Notes: generated from the sequence alone by a model not told the origin. DNA of 55,125 nt from Porphyromonadaceae bacterium (GCA_021199145.1 JAJQIP010000021.1:1-55125), one strand, 5' to 3'. Shown: positions 36,260 through 47,122, counted from the stretch's first letter. Numbers and translations: made by a program.

Positions 36260-38461
36260 ATGGAAACACCTCTGTTTTGGATTGTGCCGGCAGCTTCGAT
36301 TTTGGCCTTGCTGCTGGCATTTTATTTTTTCAAGCAAATGATGCGGAAAAGCGAAGGTACCGATACGATGCAACGCATTGCCTCGTATGTACGTACCGGA
36401 GCCATGTCGTATCTGAAACAACAGTACAAGGTGGTTGCCCTTGTGTTCCTTGCATTGGTCATTATCTTCTCGATTATGGCCTATGGGTTCAACCTGCAGA
36501 ACCATTGGGTTCCAGTCGCCTTCCTGACAGGCGGATTCTTCTCCGGCTTGGCAGGATTCCTGGGAATGAAGACGGCCACGTATGCCTCGGCCCGTACAGC
36601 CAATGCCGCCCGCCAGTCGCTTAACGGCGGTTTGCGTGTCGCTTTCCGGAGCGGAGCCGTGATGGGTCTTGTCGTAGTGGGACTTGGACTTCTCGACATT
36701 TCGTTCTGGTATCTCCTGCTCAACCACTGCATTCCGAGTGATGCCTTGAATCCCTCTGCGAAACTCTGCGTCATCACCACCACCATGCTTACTTTCGGAA
36801 TGGGTGCTTCGACACAAGCCCTCTTTGCCCGTGTGGGCGGTGGTATCTACACCAAAGCCGCTGACGTAGGGGCCGACCTTGTGGGGAAAGTCGAAGCGGG
36901 TATTCCCGAAGACGACCCGCGTAACCCCGCCACCATCGCCGATAACGTGGGTGACAACGTAGGCGATGTCGCCGGTATGGGTGCCGACCTCTATGAGTCG
37001 TATTGCGGCTCGATATTGGCCACAGCCGCTCTCGGAGCCGCCGCTTTTGCGACAGGAGACAACAGCTCCATGCAATTCAAAGCGGTCATCGCCCCGATGC
37101 TTATCGCCGCTGTCGGCATAATCCTTTCGATTATCGGCATATTCTCCGTCCGGACACGCGACGATGCCAAACTGAAAGATCTGCTCAAAGCGCTCTCTCT
37201 GGGTACCAACTTGAGTTCGGTCCTAATTATTGCCGCTACCTTCCTCATTTTATGGGTTTTGAAATTACAAAATTGGTACTTTATCGGTTGTTCTGTAGTC
37301 ATCGGACTGTTGGTCGGTGTCGTTATCGGCCGCTCTACCGAATATTACACTTCACAGTCGTATCGGCCTACACAGAAATTGGCTGAAAGCGGCAAAACGG
37401 GTCCGGCCACGGTCATTATTTCCGGAATCGGATTGGGAATGATTTCAACCACAATCCCTGTATTGTCGGTGGTATGCGGAATTATTCTCTCCTATTGGTT
37501 TGCGGCAGGATTTGACTTTGCTAATGTCTCCATGGGACTTTACGGCATTGGTATCGCAGCTGTCGGAATGTTGTCGACCCTGGGCATCACCTTGGCTACC
37601 GACGCTTACGGACCTATTGCCGACAATGCCGGCGGAAATGCCGAAATGAGCGAATTAGGCGAAGATGTACGTGCCCGTACCGACGCTCTCGACTCGTTAG
37701 GCAATACCACCGCTGCCACAGGAAAAGGCTTTGCCATCGGTTCGGCCGCCCTCACAGGACTTGCCTTATTGGCCTCCTACATTGAAGAGATTCGGATTGG
37801 CCTTTCCCGCCTAGGACAAGAGACCATCGCTCTGGGTGAACGGGTGGTTGATATCCATTCGGCCTCCTTCACCGATTTCATGCAATACTACGACATCACG
37901 CTGATGAACCCCAAAGTCCTCTCCGGAATTTTCATCGGCTCCATGATGGCCTTCCTCTTCTGCGGTTTGACCATGAATGCCGTAGGACGGGCAGCCGCCC
38001 ACATGGTGGAAGAGGTACGCCGCCAATTCCGGGAAATCAAGGGAATCCTTACGGGAGAAGCACAACCCGACTATGCCCGTTGCGTGGAGATATCGACCAA
38101 AGGGGCACAACGGGAAATGGTATTCCCCTCGCTCTTGGCCATCATTGTTCCTATCGCAACCGGTTTGATATTCGGAGTACCCGGGAACATCGGACTGCTG
38201 GTCGGCGGACTGGGTGCGGGATTCGTTCTTGCCATCTTCATGGCCAACGCCGGAGGTGCCTGGGACAATGCCAAGAAATATACCGAAGAGGGTAACTTCG
38301 GAGGGAAAGGCAGTGAAGTGCACAAAGCTACCGTGGTAGGTGATACCGTGGGAGATCCCTTCAAAGATACGTCCGGCCCGAGCCTCAACATCCTCATCAA
38401 ACTGATGAGCATGGTATCCATTGTGATGGCGGGTCTCACCGTTGCCTGGAGCCTCTTCTAA
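36260..38461 (+). CDS. hppA: membrane-integral Na+/H+-translocating pyrophosphatase
   Basis: 733 aa, about 16 TM helices, with motifs [47 protein letters not shown]. Confidence 0.95.
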   Translation: METPLFWIVPAASILALLLAFYFFKQMMRKSEGTDTMQRIASYVRTGAMSYLKQQYKVVALVFLALVIIFSIMAYGFNLQNHWVPVAFLTGGFFSGLAGFLGMKTATYASARTANAARQSLNGGLRVAFRSGAVMGLVVVGLGLLDISFWYLLLNHCIPSDALNPSAKLCVITTTMLTFGMGASTQALFARVGGGIYTKAADVGADLVGKVEAGIPEDDPRNPATIADNVGDNVGDVAGMGADLYESYCGSILATAALGAAAFATGDNSSMQFKAVIAPMLIAAVGIILSIIGIFSVRTRDDAKLKDLLKALSLGTNLSSVLIIAATFLILWVLKLQNWYFIGCSVVIGLLVGVVIGRSTEYYTSQSYRPTQKLAESGKTGPATVIISGIGLGMISTTIPVLSVVCGIILSYWFAAGFDFANVSMGLYGIGIAAVGMLSTLGITLATDAYGPIADNAGGNAEMSELGEDVRARTDALDSLGNTTAATGKGFAIGSAALTGLALLASYIEEIRIGLSRLGQETIALGERVVDIHSASFTDFMQYYDITLMNPKVLSGIFIGSMMAFLFCGLTMNAVGRAAAHMVEEVRRQFREIKGILTGEAQPDYARCVEISTKGAQREMVFPSLLAIIVPIATGLIFGVPGNIGLLVGGLGAGFVLAIFMANAGGAWDNAKKYTEEGNFGGKGSEVHKATVVGDTVGDPFKDTSGPSLNILIKLMSMVSIVMAGLTVAWSLF

Positions 38462-38491
38462 CCTAAGCCTTCTAATCATTATATATAGGCT

Positions 38492-38529
38492 AACCGCCTT
38501 GGAATTCCGTTCCAAGGCGGTTATTTTTT
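38492..38529 (+). terminator. intrinsic terminator after hppA
   Basis: 12-bp perfect stem AACCGCCTTGGA/TCCAAGGCGGTT, 7-nt loop, then ATTTTTT. Confidence 0.8.
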
Positions 38530-38812
38530 GCTAAATCTCCCTCTCCTACTCCTTCTTCGGTATTATTAACATAATTTAACGAATAGTTTCTTTACTTTTT
38601 CTTATCCACTAAAACATATTTGTAAAATCTATTATTCTACCAATTCTCGCGTTTTTTCATAGCTCTATTTATTGATTCATAGCTATTTGCAGTTTATAGC
38701 AAGGCCCTTGAAGGTGAATGTCGGAATCTGCTTTTTGTCCAATTTTTTAAAAGATAACTCGCTTAAAAAGAATATTTTTAACCTCCTATTTTTAATTATC
38801 TGAAAATTTTTC

Positions 38813-38820
38813 TAACTTTG
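38813..38820 (+). promoter_or_regulatory. -7 box TAACTTTG
   Basis: Exact TAnnTTTG match 45 nt upstream of the ATG at 38865. Confidence 0.5.
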
Positions 38821-38864
38821 GATGCCTTAATTAGGCAACAATCAACACTTTCTGCTTCTGAAAC

Positions 38865-41828
38865 ATGGACAACACGCTCAAACATCTATACCTAAAAGAC
38901 ACCACTTTTGCCAACCTCATGCAAAAAAGGGTCTTCAATGTCTTGCTGGTAGCCTCTTACTACGATGCCTTCATCTTGGAAGAAGACGGACGGGTCGATG
39001 AGCAAATCTTCTATGAATACACTTCGCTCAACCTGAGTTCTCCTCCTCGAATCACGCAAGTAAGCAATCTTGAGGAGGCATTCAAGGAACTGTCGTCCAA
39101 ACATTTTGACATTATCATCACCATCCCCGATGTCGAACATAGTCCGACCTACGAGTGGGCTAAAGAGATAAAACATCACTACCCCGACATTCCTATCGTG
39201 TTGCTGACCCCCTTCTCGCAACAGGTCACCCGCCGACTGAACAAGGAGGACCTCAGCGGTATCGACTATGTATTCAGCTGGTTGGGCAATACCGACCTGC
39301 TCCTGGCCATCATCAAACTGCTCGAAGACGATATGAACATCGAGGAAGATATTGCGTCTGGGGTACAAATCATCTTGTTAGTCGAAGACTCCGTCCGTTT
39401 CTACTCTTCCATACTTCCCCATCTGTACAAATTTGTGCTGAAGCAATCCCAAATCTTCTCGACCGAAGCCCTCAACGAACACGAACAGATGCTGCGCATG
39501 CGGGGACGACCCAAGATAAAACTGGCCCGCTCCTACGAAGAGGCCATGGAACTATATGACAAATATGCGCACGACATGTTGGGGATCATCTCCGACGTCT
39601 CGTTTCTCCATAACGGAGAGAAAGATTCCCAAGCCGGGATTAAGTTCTGTACCTATGTACGGGAAAAAGACCCCTTCATCCCTATCATCATCGAGTCGTC
39701 CGAAACCCAAAACGCCACGAAAGCAGCGGCTCTCAACGCTGATTTCCTGGACAAGAATTCCCCAAAACTGCCGGTAGACCTGCGCAACGCCGTTCTACGC
39801 AACTTCGGATTCGGGGATTTTGAGTTCATCGACCCGGAGAGCGGGAAAGTCATCACCTGTATCAAAGATTTGCAAGACCTGCAAAAAAACATTCTTTCCG
39901 TACCGGCCGAATCCCTCCTGTACCACGCTTCCCGCAACCATATCTCACGGTGGCTCTACTCACGAGCCCTCTTCCCGTTGGCCGAACTGGTGCGGAGACG
40001 GAGTCCGAAAACCCTCGAGGATATTCCTGAAATTCGCCAGGAAATCTTTGACTTTATCGTCCTTTACCGCAAAATGAAAAATCGGGGGGTAATCGCTGTC
40101 TTTGAACGGAACCGCTTTGACCAGTATTCCAACTTCGCCCGGATTGGAGAGGGTTCACTGGGAGGAAAAGGACGGGGACTGGCCTTTATCGACTCCCTCA
40201 TCAAACGCCACCCCATTCTCGAAGATTACGAAAATGTGTGCGTATCTATCCCGAAGACTGTCGTGCTCTGTACCGACCTCTTCGACGAGTTTATGGAGAG
40301 CAACAACCTTTATCAGATTGCCCTGTCCAATATTCCCAACGACGAGATTCTGCAACACTTCCTCAAAGCGAAGCTTCCCGTACGGCTCAAAGAGGATATC
40401 CTCTCCTTCTTCCAGGTTGTAAAGAGTCCGATTGCCATACGTTCTTCCAGCTTGTTGGAGGATTCCCACTACCAACCTTTCGCCGGCGTATATTCGACCT
40501 ATATGATTCCCTTCCTGGAGGACAAGGAGGTGATGTACCGCATGCTCTCTGATGCCGTCAAAGGGGTATATGCCTCGGTATTCTACTCCGACAGCAAAGC
40601 CTATATGACTGCCACCTCGAATGTCATCGACCAGGAAAAAATGGCCGTCATCCTGCAGGAGGTCATCGGGAACCAATATGGAGACCGCTATTATCCCTCG
40701 TTCGCTGGGGTAGGCCGTTCTCTCAATTACTACCCCATCAACGACGAAAAGCCGGAGGACGGCGTTGCGGACATTGCTGTGGGATTAGGTAAATACATTG
40801 TCGATGGAGGGAAGAGTCTGCACTTCTCCCCTAAACATCCCAATAAAGTGTTGCAAACCAGCACTCTTGATCTTGCCCTACGGGACACACAGACACAATT
40901 CTATGCACTTGATTTGAAAAACAAAGGCGACCACTACGAAGTAGACGACGGTTTTAACCTGTTGCATTTGTCCATACGGGATGCGGAGGCCGATAACTCC
41001 CTACGGGGCATGGTATCTACCTTCGACCCCAACGACCAGGTCATCCGGGACGGCTACTACGAAGGGGGAAGAAAGGTGGTGACTTTTGCCAACATCCTAC
41101 AACACAACACCTTCCCTCTCGCCCCTCTCTTGACGATGATGCTTGAATATGGATCGTACGATATGGGCAGGCATGTGGAAATCGAATTTGCCGCCCTCCT
41201 GCCCAATAAAAAGCATCCGCAGGGGGCTCTCTATTGGTTGCAGATACGTCCCATTGTCGACACCAAGGAGATGCGGGATGACGAGATTGACGAAGTCGCT
41301 GAAAAGGATTTACTGTTGAAGACCTCTTCGGCATTGGGACACGGCATTATGTCGGGACTCCATCATGTCATCTATGTGAAGAGCGACGGATTCCTCTCGT
41401 CGAACAATTCACTCATCGCCCGTGAAATAGAGAAGATAAACAAGACATTTCTCGAACGGGGAGAAAATTACATCCTCATCGGTCCGGGCCGGTGGGGATC
41501 CAGCGACCCTGCCTTGGGAATTCCCGTCAAATGGCCGCATATCTCCGCCGCCCGCCTTATTGTGGAGACAGCGTTGTCGCGTTACTTCATCGAACCCAGC
41601 CAAGGGACACATTTCTTCCAGAACCTCACATCGTTTGGAGTCGGCTATTTCACCCTCAATCCGCAAATCAACGGCTCCTTCTACGATGAAGATTTCCTGA
41701 ACAGCCAAAAAGCCGTTCAAGAGACACAATTCCTCCGGGTGGTACGTTTCGACCAGCCACTTACAGTAAAAATAAACGGGAAAAAGAGCTTAGGTATTGT
41801 CATAAAGCCCAATGTAATAACCACCTAA
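38865..41828 (+). CDS. degenerate-receiver + receiver + PEP/pyruvate-binding (PPDK_N ATP-grasp) domain protein
   Basis: REC2 signature LLVEDS...IISDVSF...IIIESS...FLDKNSP. REC1 lacks the acidic pocket (VLLVASYYD). The PPDK_N-like core has GGKGRGLAF, IAIRSSSLLEDS and FAGVYST. I saw no GGxTSHAA swivel-His motif. Confidence 0.75.
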   Translation: MDNTLKHLYLKDTTFANLMQKRVFNVLLVASYYDAFILEEDGRVDEQIFYEYTSLNLSSPPRITQVSNLEEAFKELSSKHFDIIITIPDVEHSPTYEWAKEIKHHYPDIPIVLLTPFSQQVTRRLNKEDLSGIDYVFSWLGNTDLLLAIIKLLEDDMNIEEDIASGVQIILLVEDSVRFYSSILPHLYKFVLKQSQIFSTEALNEHEQMLRMRGRPKIKLARSYEEAMELYDKYAHDMLGIISDVSFLHNGEKDSQAGIKFCTYVREKDPFIPIIIESSETQNATKAAALNADFLDKNSPKLPVDLRNAVLRNFGFGDFEFIDPESGKVITCIKDLQDLQKNILSVPAESLLYHASRNHISRWLYSRALFPLAELVRRRSPKTLEDIPEIRQEIFDFIVLYRKMKNRGVIAVFERNRFDQYSNFARIGEGSLGGKGRGLAFIDSLIKRHPILEDYENVCVSIPKTVVLCTDLFDEFMESNNLYQIALSNIPNDEILQHFLKAKLPVRLKEDILSFFQVVKSPIAIRSSSLLEDSHYQPFAGVYSTYMIPFLEDKEVMYRMLSDAVKGVYASVFYSDSKAYMTATSNVIDQEKMAVILQEVIGNQYGDRYYPSFAGVGRSLNYYPINDEKPEDGVADIAVGLGKYIVDGGKSLHFSPKHPNKVLQTSTLDLALRDTQTQFYALDLKNKGDHYEVDDGFNLLHLSIRDAEADNSLRGMVSTFDPNDQVIRDGYYEGGRKVVTFANILQHNTFPLAPLLTMMLEYGSYDMGRHVEIEFAALLPNKKHPQGALYWLQIRPIVDTKEMRDDEIDEVAEKDLLLKTSSALGHGIMSGLHHVIYVKSDGFLSSNNSLIAREIEKINKTFLERGENYILIGPGRWGSSDPALGIPVKWPHISAARLIVETALSRYFIEPSQGTHFFQNLTSFGVGYFTLNPQINGSFYDEDFLNSQKAVQETQFLRVVRFDQPLTVKINGKKSLGIVIKPNVITT

Positions 41829-41840
41829 AAACTTTTCGCT

Positions 41841-42719
41841 ATGAGTTTTGTAAAGTCCATCTTACAACAATGGCGGGAACGGCCCATCAAAAAAACTACA
41901 TCTTCCGATACCCCCGCCTCCTTATCGGTTCAACTCCCAAATGCCAACTACGCCGAACAGCATCTGGTTGAAGCCATCGCCTCCCAAATCAACGATGCCT
42001 TAGAACAGGGCGAAACCATTTCGAACCTCAATACCGAAACCATCTTCAGACGGTTAGCCGAAGGTATCGACCTATTCAAACAGGAGCTATACGACATCAC
42101 CCGCAACGAACTTTCCGAGAAATGGGAAGAAAAAGAGACACAACACCTTTCGGAGATAAGCAAACTGCAAAAACAAAATGCAGAACTATCCGGGAAACAG
42201 ATTGAAATCGAAAAACGGTATGCCAGTGCCGAACGGCTCCGCAAGACGCTAAGCACCCGCATTCACGACCTTGAAAACGAATTGGTGACCGCCCGAAGCG
42301 AATATGAGCGGGATATCGAAGACAAATTGCGGCAAATCAACAAAATAAAAGTCTCCGCATTAGGAATCAACGCCAAACGAGAGAAAAAAGAGGAGGAAAA
42401 AGTTTTCGACTGCCGCACCCTGGACGAAGGGAAAAATGAAGAGGCCGTTGTGGTAAAACACCGCTATGCCTCCTTGGTAGCCAAACTCAACAAAGCCCAA
42501 GACACACTACAAGAGCTACGTAAGGAAAACCGGAATCTCATGAAACGAGACTCACGCCACCAACAACGCATCAAAGAATTGCAAGCCCAACTGCATAGTC
42601 TCCGCAAAGGTCCTCACACCCCTTCCAGAGAACCGAATCCCTCTCCCATAACACACCCAAGGTCACAAGCCCCTCATCGTTCCAACCGAGGGGCATCCCC
42701 CTTACATTTTACTGACTAA
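41841..42719 (+). CDS. hypothetical coiled-coil protein with Pro-rich C-terminus
   Basis: 292 aa with long heptad-like E/K/Q/L-rich stretches (SEISKLQKQNAELSGKQIEIEKRY..., LQELRKENRNLMKRD...IKELQAQLHSLRK) and the tail PHTPSREPNPSPITHPRSQAPH. Starts 12 nt after the upstream stop. Confidence 0.6.
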   Translation: MSFVKSILQQWRERPIKKTTSSDTPASLSVQLPNANYAEQHLVEAIASQINDALEQGETISNLNTETIFRRLAEGIDLFKQELYDITRNELSEKWEEKETQHLSEISKLQKQNAELSGKQIEIEKRYASAERLRKTLSTRIHDLENELVTARSEYERDIEDKLRQINKIKVSALGINAKREKKEEEKVFDCRTLDEGKNEEAVVVKHRYASLVAKLNKAQDTLQELRKENRNLMKRDSRHQQRIKELQAQLHSLRKGPHTPSREPNPSPITHPRSQAPHRSNRGASPLHFTD

Positions 42720-42755
42720 ACCACATCATCTCTATCTAAAAAAGAGGGAAACCGT

Positions 42756-43223
42756 ATGTCAAAAATCATCTATTCGGGAACTAAATTCCGGGAATTTCTC
42801 TCCAGAAGAGGAATCACCTACCAAGAAGCTTCGAATTATTTAGGTATTGACAAGAATACCATCAGCAAAGTTATCCGGGGAGGAAATCTCAGTTTAAATG
42901 TGCTGTTGACCATTTGCAACATGTACCATCTGAGCATCTCCGATTTCTTTTCTATCGAATATGATGATGATGACCCCCAAACCCGTGAAAACGAAATATC
43001 CCTCGCTTTGGCGGAAAATCGTCCAAGTTCCAAACAAACCTCCGACCCGGAGAGTGTCGAAAAATATATCTCTTCCAAAAAAACGCTGTTCCAATACGAA
43101 AATTACATCGCCTCGAAAGACCAGGAAATTGATTTACTGCGTGAATTGAACCAGCTTTACAAACAGCAAATCAATCTATTGCAAGAGAAAGTCATAGAGA
43201 GCAGCCACAAGGAAATTTTGTAA
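42756..43223 (+). CDS. XRE-family HTH DNA-binding protein with C-terminal coiled coil
   Basis: FREFLSRRGITYQEASNYLGIDKNTISKVIRGGNLSLNVLLTICNMYHLSISDFF is a Cro/C1-type HTH. The C-terminus LLRELNQLYKQQINLLQEKV is zipper-like. Confidence 0.75.
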   Translation: MSKIIYSGTKFREFLSRRGITYQEASNYLGIDKNTISKVIRGGNLSLNVLLTICNMYHLSISDFFSIEYDDDDPQTRENEISLALAENRPSSKQTSDPESVEKYISSKKTLFQYENYIASKDQEIDLLRELNQLYKQQINLLQEKVIESSHKEIL

Positions 43224-43225
43224 AA

Positions 43226-43981
43226 TCACACCTTTCTCCCGATGTAAAGGGTGCAGACTCCTCCTGTCAAGGGGCGACAACAGGTATCGACAAATCCGAC
43301 ACTCCGAAATATCGAAAGCATCTCCTCACCCTGAGGGACGACCTCTATCGAGCGGGGAAGATAGGTGTAAGCCTGCTTGTCCCGTGAGAAAAGACGGCCC
43401 AAAAAGGGAATGATACGATGGGCATAGAATGGGTATAGGACATTCAGGGGAAAACAACGGGGAGTGGACAACTCCATGACCAACAATATCCCACCTGGCG
43501 CCAAAACCCGATACATCTCAGAGAAACCCTGCTGCAGAGATTGGAAATTTCGCACCCCGAACGCTACGGTTACCGCATCGTAACACCCCTCCGGGAAAGT
43601 CAGAGACAAACAATCCTGCCGCTCAAAAACAATCTTCCCCGAACAGCCTCTCTTTTCACACTTTTCACGGGCAACAGCCAACATCCCCTCCGACAGGTCA
43701 ATCCCCGTGATGAGAGCCGGCTGAATCGTTTTTGAAATCAAAAGCGGCAAATCACCTGTTCCGGTAGCGACGTCCAACACCTTCCGCGGCGCATATTCCC
43801 GCAACAGAGCCACCATCCTTTTTCGCCATCGCCGGTCAAGGCCAAACGTCATCAATCGGTTCATGCCATCATACACCGGCGCAATCGTGTTGAACATTCG
43901 GCAAACCTGCTCTTGTTTGCTTTCCACTCCACCATATGGGAGCAGTGTCTCGATATCTTGTACAGAATGTTCTCTCTTCAT
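43226..43981 (-). CDS. ubiE: demethylmenaquinone/ubiquinone C-methyltransferase UbiE/MenG
   Basis: FNTIAPVYDGMNRLMTFGLDRRWR and the SAM motif VLDVATGTGDL; 251 aa. Confidence 0.92.
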   Translation of the reverse strand: MKREHSVQDIETLLPYGGVESKQEQVCRMFNTIAPVYDGMNRLMTFGLDRRWRKRMVALLREYAPRKVLDVATGTGDLPLLISKTIQPALITGIDLSEGMLAVAREKCEKRGCSGKIVFERQDCLSLTFPEGCYDAVTVAFGVRNFQSLQQGFSEMYRVLAPGGILLVMELSTPRCFPLNVLYPFYAHRIIPFLGRLFSRDKQAYTYLPRSIEVVPQGEEMLSIFRSVGFVDTCCRPLTGGVCTLYIGRKV

Positions 43982-44004
43982 GGGAAGGGAAAGGAATTCT
44001 ATGA

Positions 44005-44036
44005 ATAAAAACGGCCTCCCCAGACAGGGGAGGCCG
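44005..44036 (-). terminator. intrinsic terminator after purC (minus strand)
   Basis: 10-bp stem CGGCCTCCCC/GGGGAGGCCG with loop AGACA. On the minus strand it is followed by TTTTTAT. Confidence 0.75.
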
Positions 44037-44053
44037 AATATGTCTCTTGTTCT

Positions 44054-44998
44054 TTAATGTTTCAAAAAGTCGGTGACATTCTTCTCTATACGGGCAGCCA
44101 CATTGGAGGTATCGGCCTTGACGAATGTCTCTCCGACAATGTGCTCATACAACTCGATATAACGGTCACTGATGGAGGTCACAATAGCCTCTGTCATGGC
44201 AGGGATCTGTTGACCCGCTTTCCCTTGGAAACCATTTTCCATCAACCATTCCCGGACAAATTCCTTGGAGAGCTGTTTCTGTGGTTCCCCCTTGGCAAAG
44301 CGCTCTTCATATCCCTCCGAGTAAAAATAGCGACTCGAATCGGGTGTATGGATTTCGTCCATAAGGTAAATCTGACCCTCGTGCTTGCCGAACTCATATT
44401 TCGTATCAACCAAAATCAATCCACGGGCAGCGGCAATCTCCGTCCCCCGTTTGAAAAGGGCGAGCGTATATTTCTCCAACAGAGCATATTCTTCCGGTGT
44501 AGCCAATCCACGAGCCAGAATCTCCGCTTTGGAAATATCCGCATCGTGCTCCCCAATCTCCGCTTTGGTCGTTGGGGTGATGATGGGTTCGGGGAACTTT
44601 TGGTTCTCACGCATCCCCTCGGGCAACTTTACTCCGCAAATTTCCCGCACACCGCCTTTGTACGCCCGCCAAGCACTTCCACACAGATAAGCGCGGACAA
44701 TCATCTCTATGGGAAATCCTTTGCACAGTACACCGACTGTCACCATAGGGTCGGGACTGGCCACTTTCCAGTTCGGGCAAATATCCTTTGTCGCATCCAG
44801 GAATTTGACGGCAATCTGGTTCAGGATTTGTCCCTTGTAAGGTATCCCTTCGGGCAAAATTACATCGAAGGCCGAAATACGGTCGGTAGCTACCATCACA
44901 AGTTGTTTCCCGCAGATGTTATAGACATCACGGACTTTCCCGTGATACACACCCTGCTGACCCGGGAAGTTGAAATCAGTTTTGGTTAATGCTTTCAT
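44054..44998 (-). CDS. purC: phosphoribosylaminoimidazole-succinocarboxamide (SAICAR) synthase
   Basis: YHGKVRDVY..., [20 protein letters not shown] motifs; 314 aa. Confidence 0.94.
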   Translation of the reverse strand: MKALTKTDFNFPGQQGVYHGKVRDVYNICGKQLVMVATDRISAFDVILPEGIPYKGQILNQIAVKFLDATKDICPNWKVASPDPMVTVGVLCKGFPIEMIVRAYLCGSAWRAYKGGVREICGVKLPEGMRENQKFPEPIITPTTKAEIGEHDADISKAEILARGLATPEEYALLEKYTLALFKRGTEIAAARGLILVDTKYEFGKHEGQIYLMDEIHTPDSSRYFYSEGYEERFAKGEPQKQLSKEFVREWLMENGFQGKAGQQIPAMTEAIVTSISDRYIELYEHIVGETFVKADTSNVAARIEKNVTDFLKH

Positions 44999-45953
44999 TC
45001 TTTATTTTTTTAATGTTTTCTTCTTCATTCTTCTCATAAGCCTCGACAATACGCTGTACAAGTTTATGGCGCATAATGTCCTTCTTCGAAAATTGGACCT
45101 TGACAATCCCCGGAATGTCAGCCAATAATTCAATTGCTTGAGAGAGTCCCGAACGCTGAGAAGGGGGAAGGTCAATCTGACTCATATCTCCCGTGACAAT
45201 CATCTTCGTATTGAGTCCCATACGGGTGAGGAACATCTTTATCTGGTGGGTAGAGGTATTCTGGGCCTCATCGAGAATGACCACAGCCTCCCCCAATGTC
45301 CGTCCCCGCATAAAGGCAAGCGGAGCAATCTGTATGACATTGCTCTCCATCAACTCTTTCAACCGGTTGGCGGGAATCATATCTTGCAGGGCATCGTAAA
45401 GCGGCTGCAAATAGGGGTCTATTTTATCCCGCATATCCCCCGGCAAAAAGCCAAGTTTTTCGCCCGCCTCCACCGCCGGTCGACTAAGGATGATTTTCTT
45501 TACCTCCCTGTTTTTCAAAGCTCTCACCGCCAAGGCAATGGCGACATAGGTCTTTCCCGAACCTGCCGGTCCGAGGGCAAACACCAAATCGTTTTCATCA
45601 AATGCCTTTACCAGCAAACGCTGGTTTTCCGTGCGAGCGATGATGGGACGACCATTGACCCCATGGATGATAAGGTTGGCCTTTTTCACCTCCGGAGGGC
45701 GATTCCCTTTCACTATGTCGATGATAATCTCTTCGTTCAGAAGATTATATTCGGCACAATAGCGCATAAGTTCCTCTATCTTCTCCTCAAAAAGAGCCAT
45801 CTCCGCCTCATCGCCTACCGCTTTCACCACCAACCCACGGGCTAAAATCCGCAACTTGGGGTACAGGGTCCGCAACAGCTGCATATTGCTGTCGTTCACC
45901 CCATAGAAAATCACAGGATCGACATTTTCCAGAATAATGACCTTTTCCATCAT
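44976..45953 (-). CDS. phoH: PhoH-family ATPase
   Basis: Walker [35 protein letters not shown]. The start is set at MMEKV because the -7 box at 45981-45988 lies inside the longer ORF. Confidence 0.9.
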   Translation of the reverse strand: MMEKVIILENVDPVIFYGVNDSNMQLLRTLYPKLRILARGLVVKAVGDEAEMALFEEKIEELMRYCAEYNLLNEEIIIDIVKGNRPPEVKKANLIIHGVNGRPIIARTENQRLLVKAFDENDLVFALGPAGSGKTYVAIALAVRALKNREVKKIILSRPAVEAGEKLGFLPGDMRDKIDPYLQPLYDALQDMIPANRLKELMESNVIQIAPLAFMRGRTLGEAVVILDEAQNTSTHQIKMFLTRMGLNTKMIVTGDMSQIDLPPSQRSGLSQAIELLADIPGIVKVQFSKKDIMRHKLVQRIVEAYEKNEEENIKKIKNESINQN

Positions 45954-45980
45954 ATCGTAAAGGGAGGAACAATCTTTTCG

Positions 45981-45988
45981 CAAAGATA
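45981..45988 (-). promoter_or_regulatory. -7 box TATCTTTG for phoH-purC
   Basis: The + strand reads CAAAGATA, 28 nt upstream of the ATG at 45953. Confidence 0.5.
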
Positions 45989-46137
45989 GCAAATAATCAC
46001 GGTAACCTTACGGACAGAATAGAGGTTTTCAATTTTATTAAAAATAAGAAAGGGGGCGTTTCCCTTTTTCCTGAGGAAACTCCCCTTTAAAAATCTATAG
46101 ACATGACCTTGCCCGTTTCCAGGAGAATCTATCCCGA

Positions 46138-47094
46138 CTATTGTGCCGCTTCCCATCCCAAGGCACTTGCTCCGAGAATGGCGGCATCCGCCTCGTTCAA
46201 CTGGGAAAGCACCAGTTCAACCTTTCCTTTGAAGACTCGCAACAGATTCTCTTCCATAGCTTTCTTTATCGGCTTCAGGATAAGGTCTCCGGCATGGGTC
46301 AATCCCCCAAACAACACAATCATCTTAGGGCTTGAGAAAGCGATGAAATTGGCAAACGCCTCTCCGAGAATCTTCCCCGTATATTCAAAAATCTCCACGG
46401 ACAACTTATCGCCGACTATAGCCGCATCGTAGACATCTTTGGAGGTAATCTCCTGCATAGGGATGCGTCGCAAAAGGCTATCGGCTTTCTGCAATTCGAG
46501 GAACTCCCGAGCCGTATGGGCCACTCCGGTGGCCGACGTGTAGGTCTCGAGACAGCCCTTACGTCCGCAACCGCAAAGACGGCCATTCGGACGCACAATG
46601 ACATGCCCCAGTTCACCGGCATTCCCGTCATTCCCGTAAATCAGCTGACCATTAGCGACAATCCCGCTACCGACTCCCGTACCCAAGGTAATCATGATGA
46701 AATCCTTCACTCCCCGAGCGGCCCCATAAGTCATCTCACCTATAGCCGCAGCATTGGCATCATTGGTAATCTTCACAGGGATGCCAAACTGTTTCTCCAT
46801 CAAAGAGGCAAAAGGCACCACCCCTTTCCAAGGGAGATTCGCCGCATTCTCGATAACACCCGTGAAGTAATTGGCATTCGGCGCTCCCACACCGATTCCT
46901 CCGATTTCACCCGTCAATCCCTGAGCCGCAATCAATGCGGTCAAGGAGTTGTACAGTTCTTCGATATAATGGTTGATGGATTGATGCGTATTGGTTCTTA
47001 TGGAATCCTTGGCCAGGACATTCCCCCGGCTGTCTACAATTCCAAAGGCGGTATTGGTACCCCCCATATCGATTCCTACAACATAAGACTTCAT
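46138..47094 (-). CDS. ROK-family sugar kinase (glucokinase-like)
   Basis: GIDMGGTNTAFG ATP motif, GELGH, and the zinc motif CGCGRKGCLE; 318 aa. Confidence 0.9.
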   Translation of the reverse strand: MKSYVVGIDMGGTNTAFGIVDSRGNVLAKDSIRTNTHQSINHYIEELYNSLTALIAAQGLTGEIGGIGVGAPNANYFTGVIENAANLPWKGVVPFASLMEKQFGIPVKITNDANAAAIGEMTYGAARGVKDFIMITLGTGVGSGIVANGQLIYGNDGNAGELGHVIVRPNGRLCGCGRKGCLETYTSATGVAHTAREFLELQKADSLLRRIPMQEITSKDVYDAAIVGDKLSVEIFEYTGKILGEAFANFIAFSSPKMIVLFGGLTHAGDLILKPIKKAMEENLLRVFKGKVELVLSQLNEADAAILGASALGWEAAQ

Positions 47095-47122
47095 GGTATT
47101 CTAAATTTAAGTTATGTAGAGA

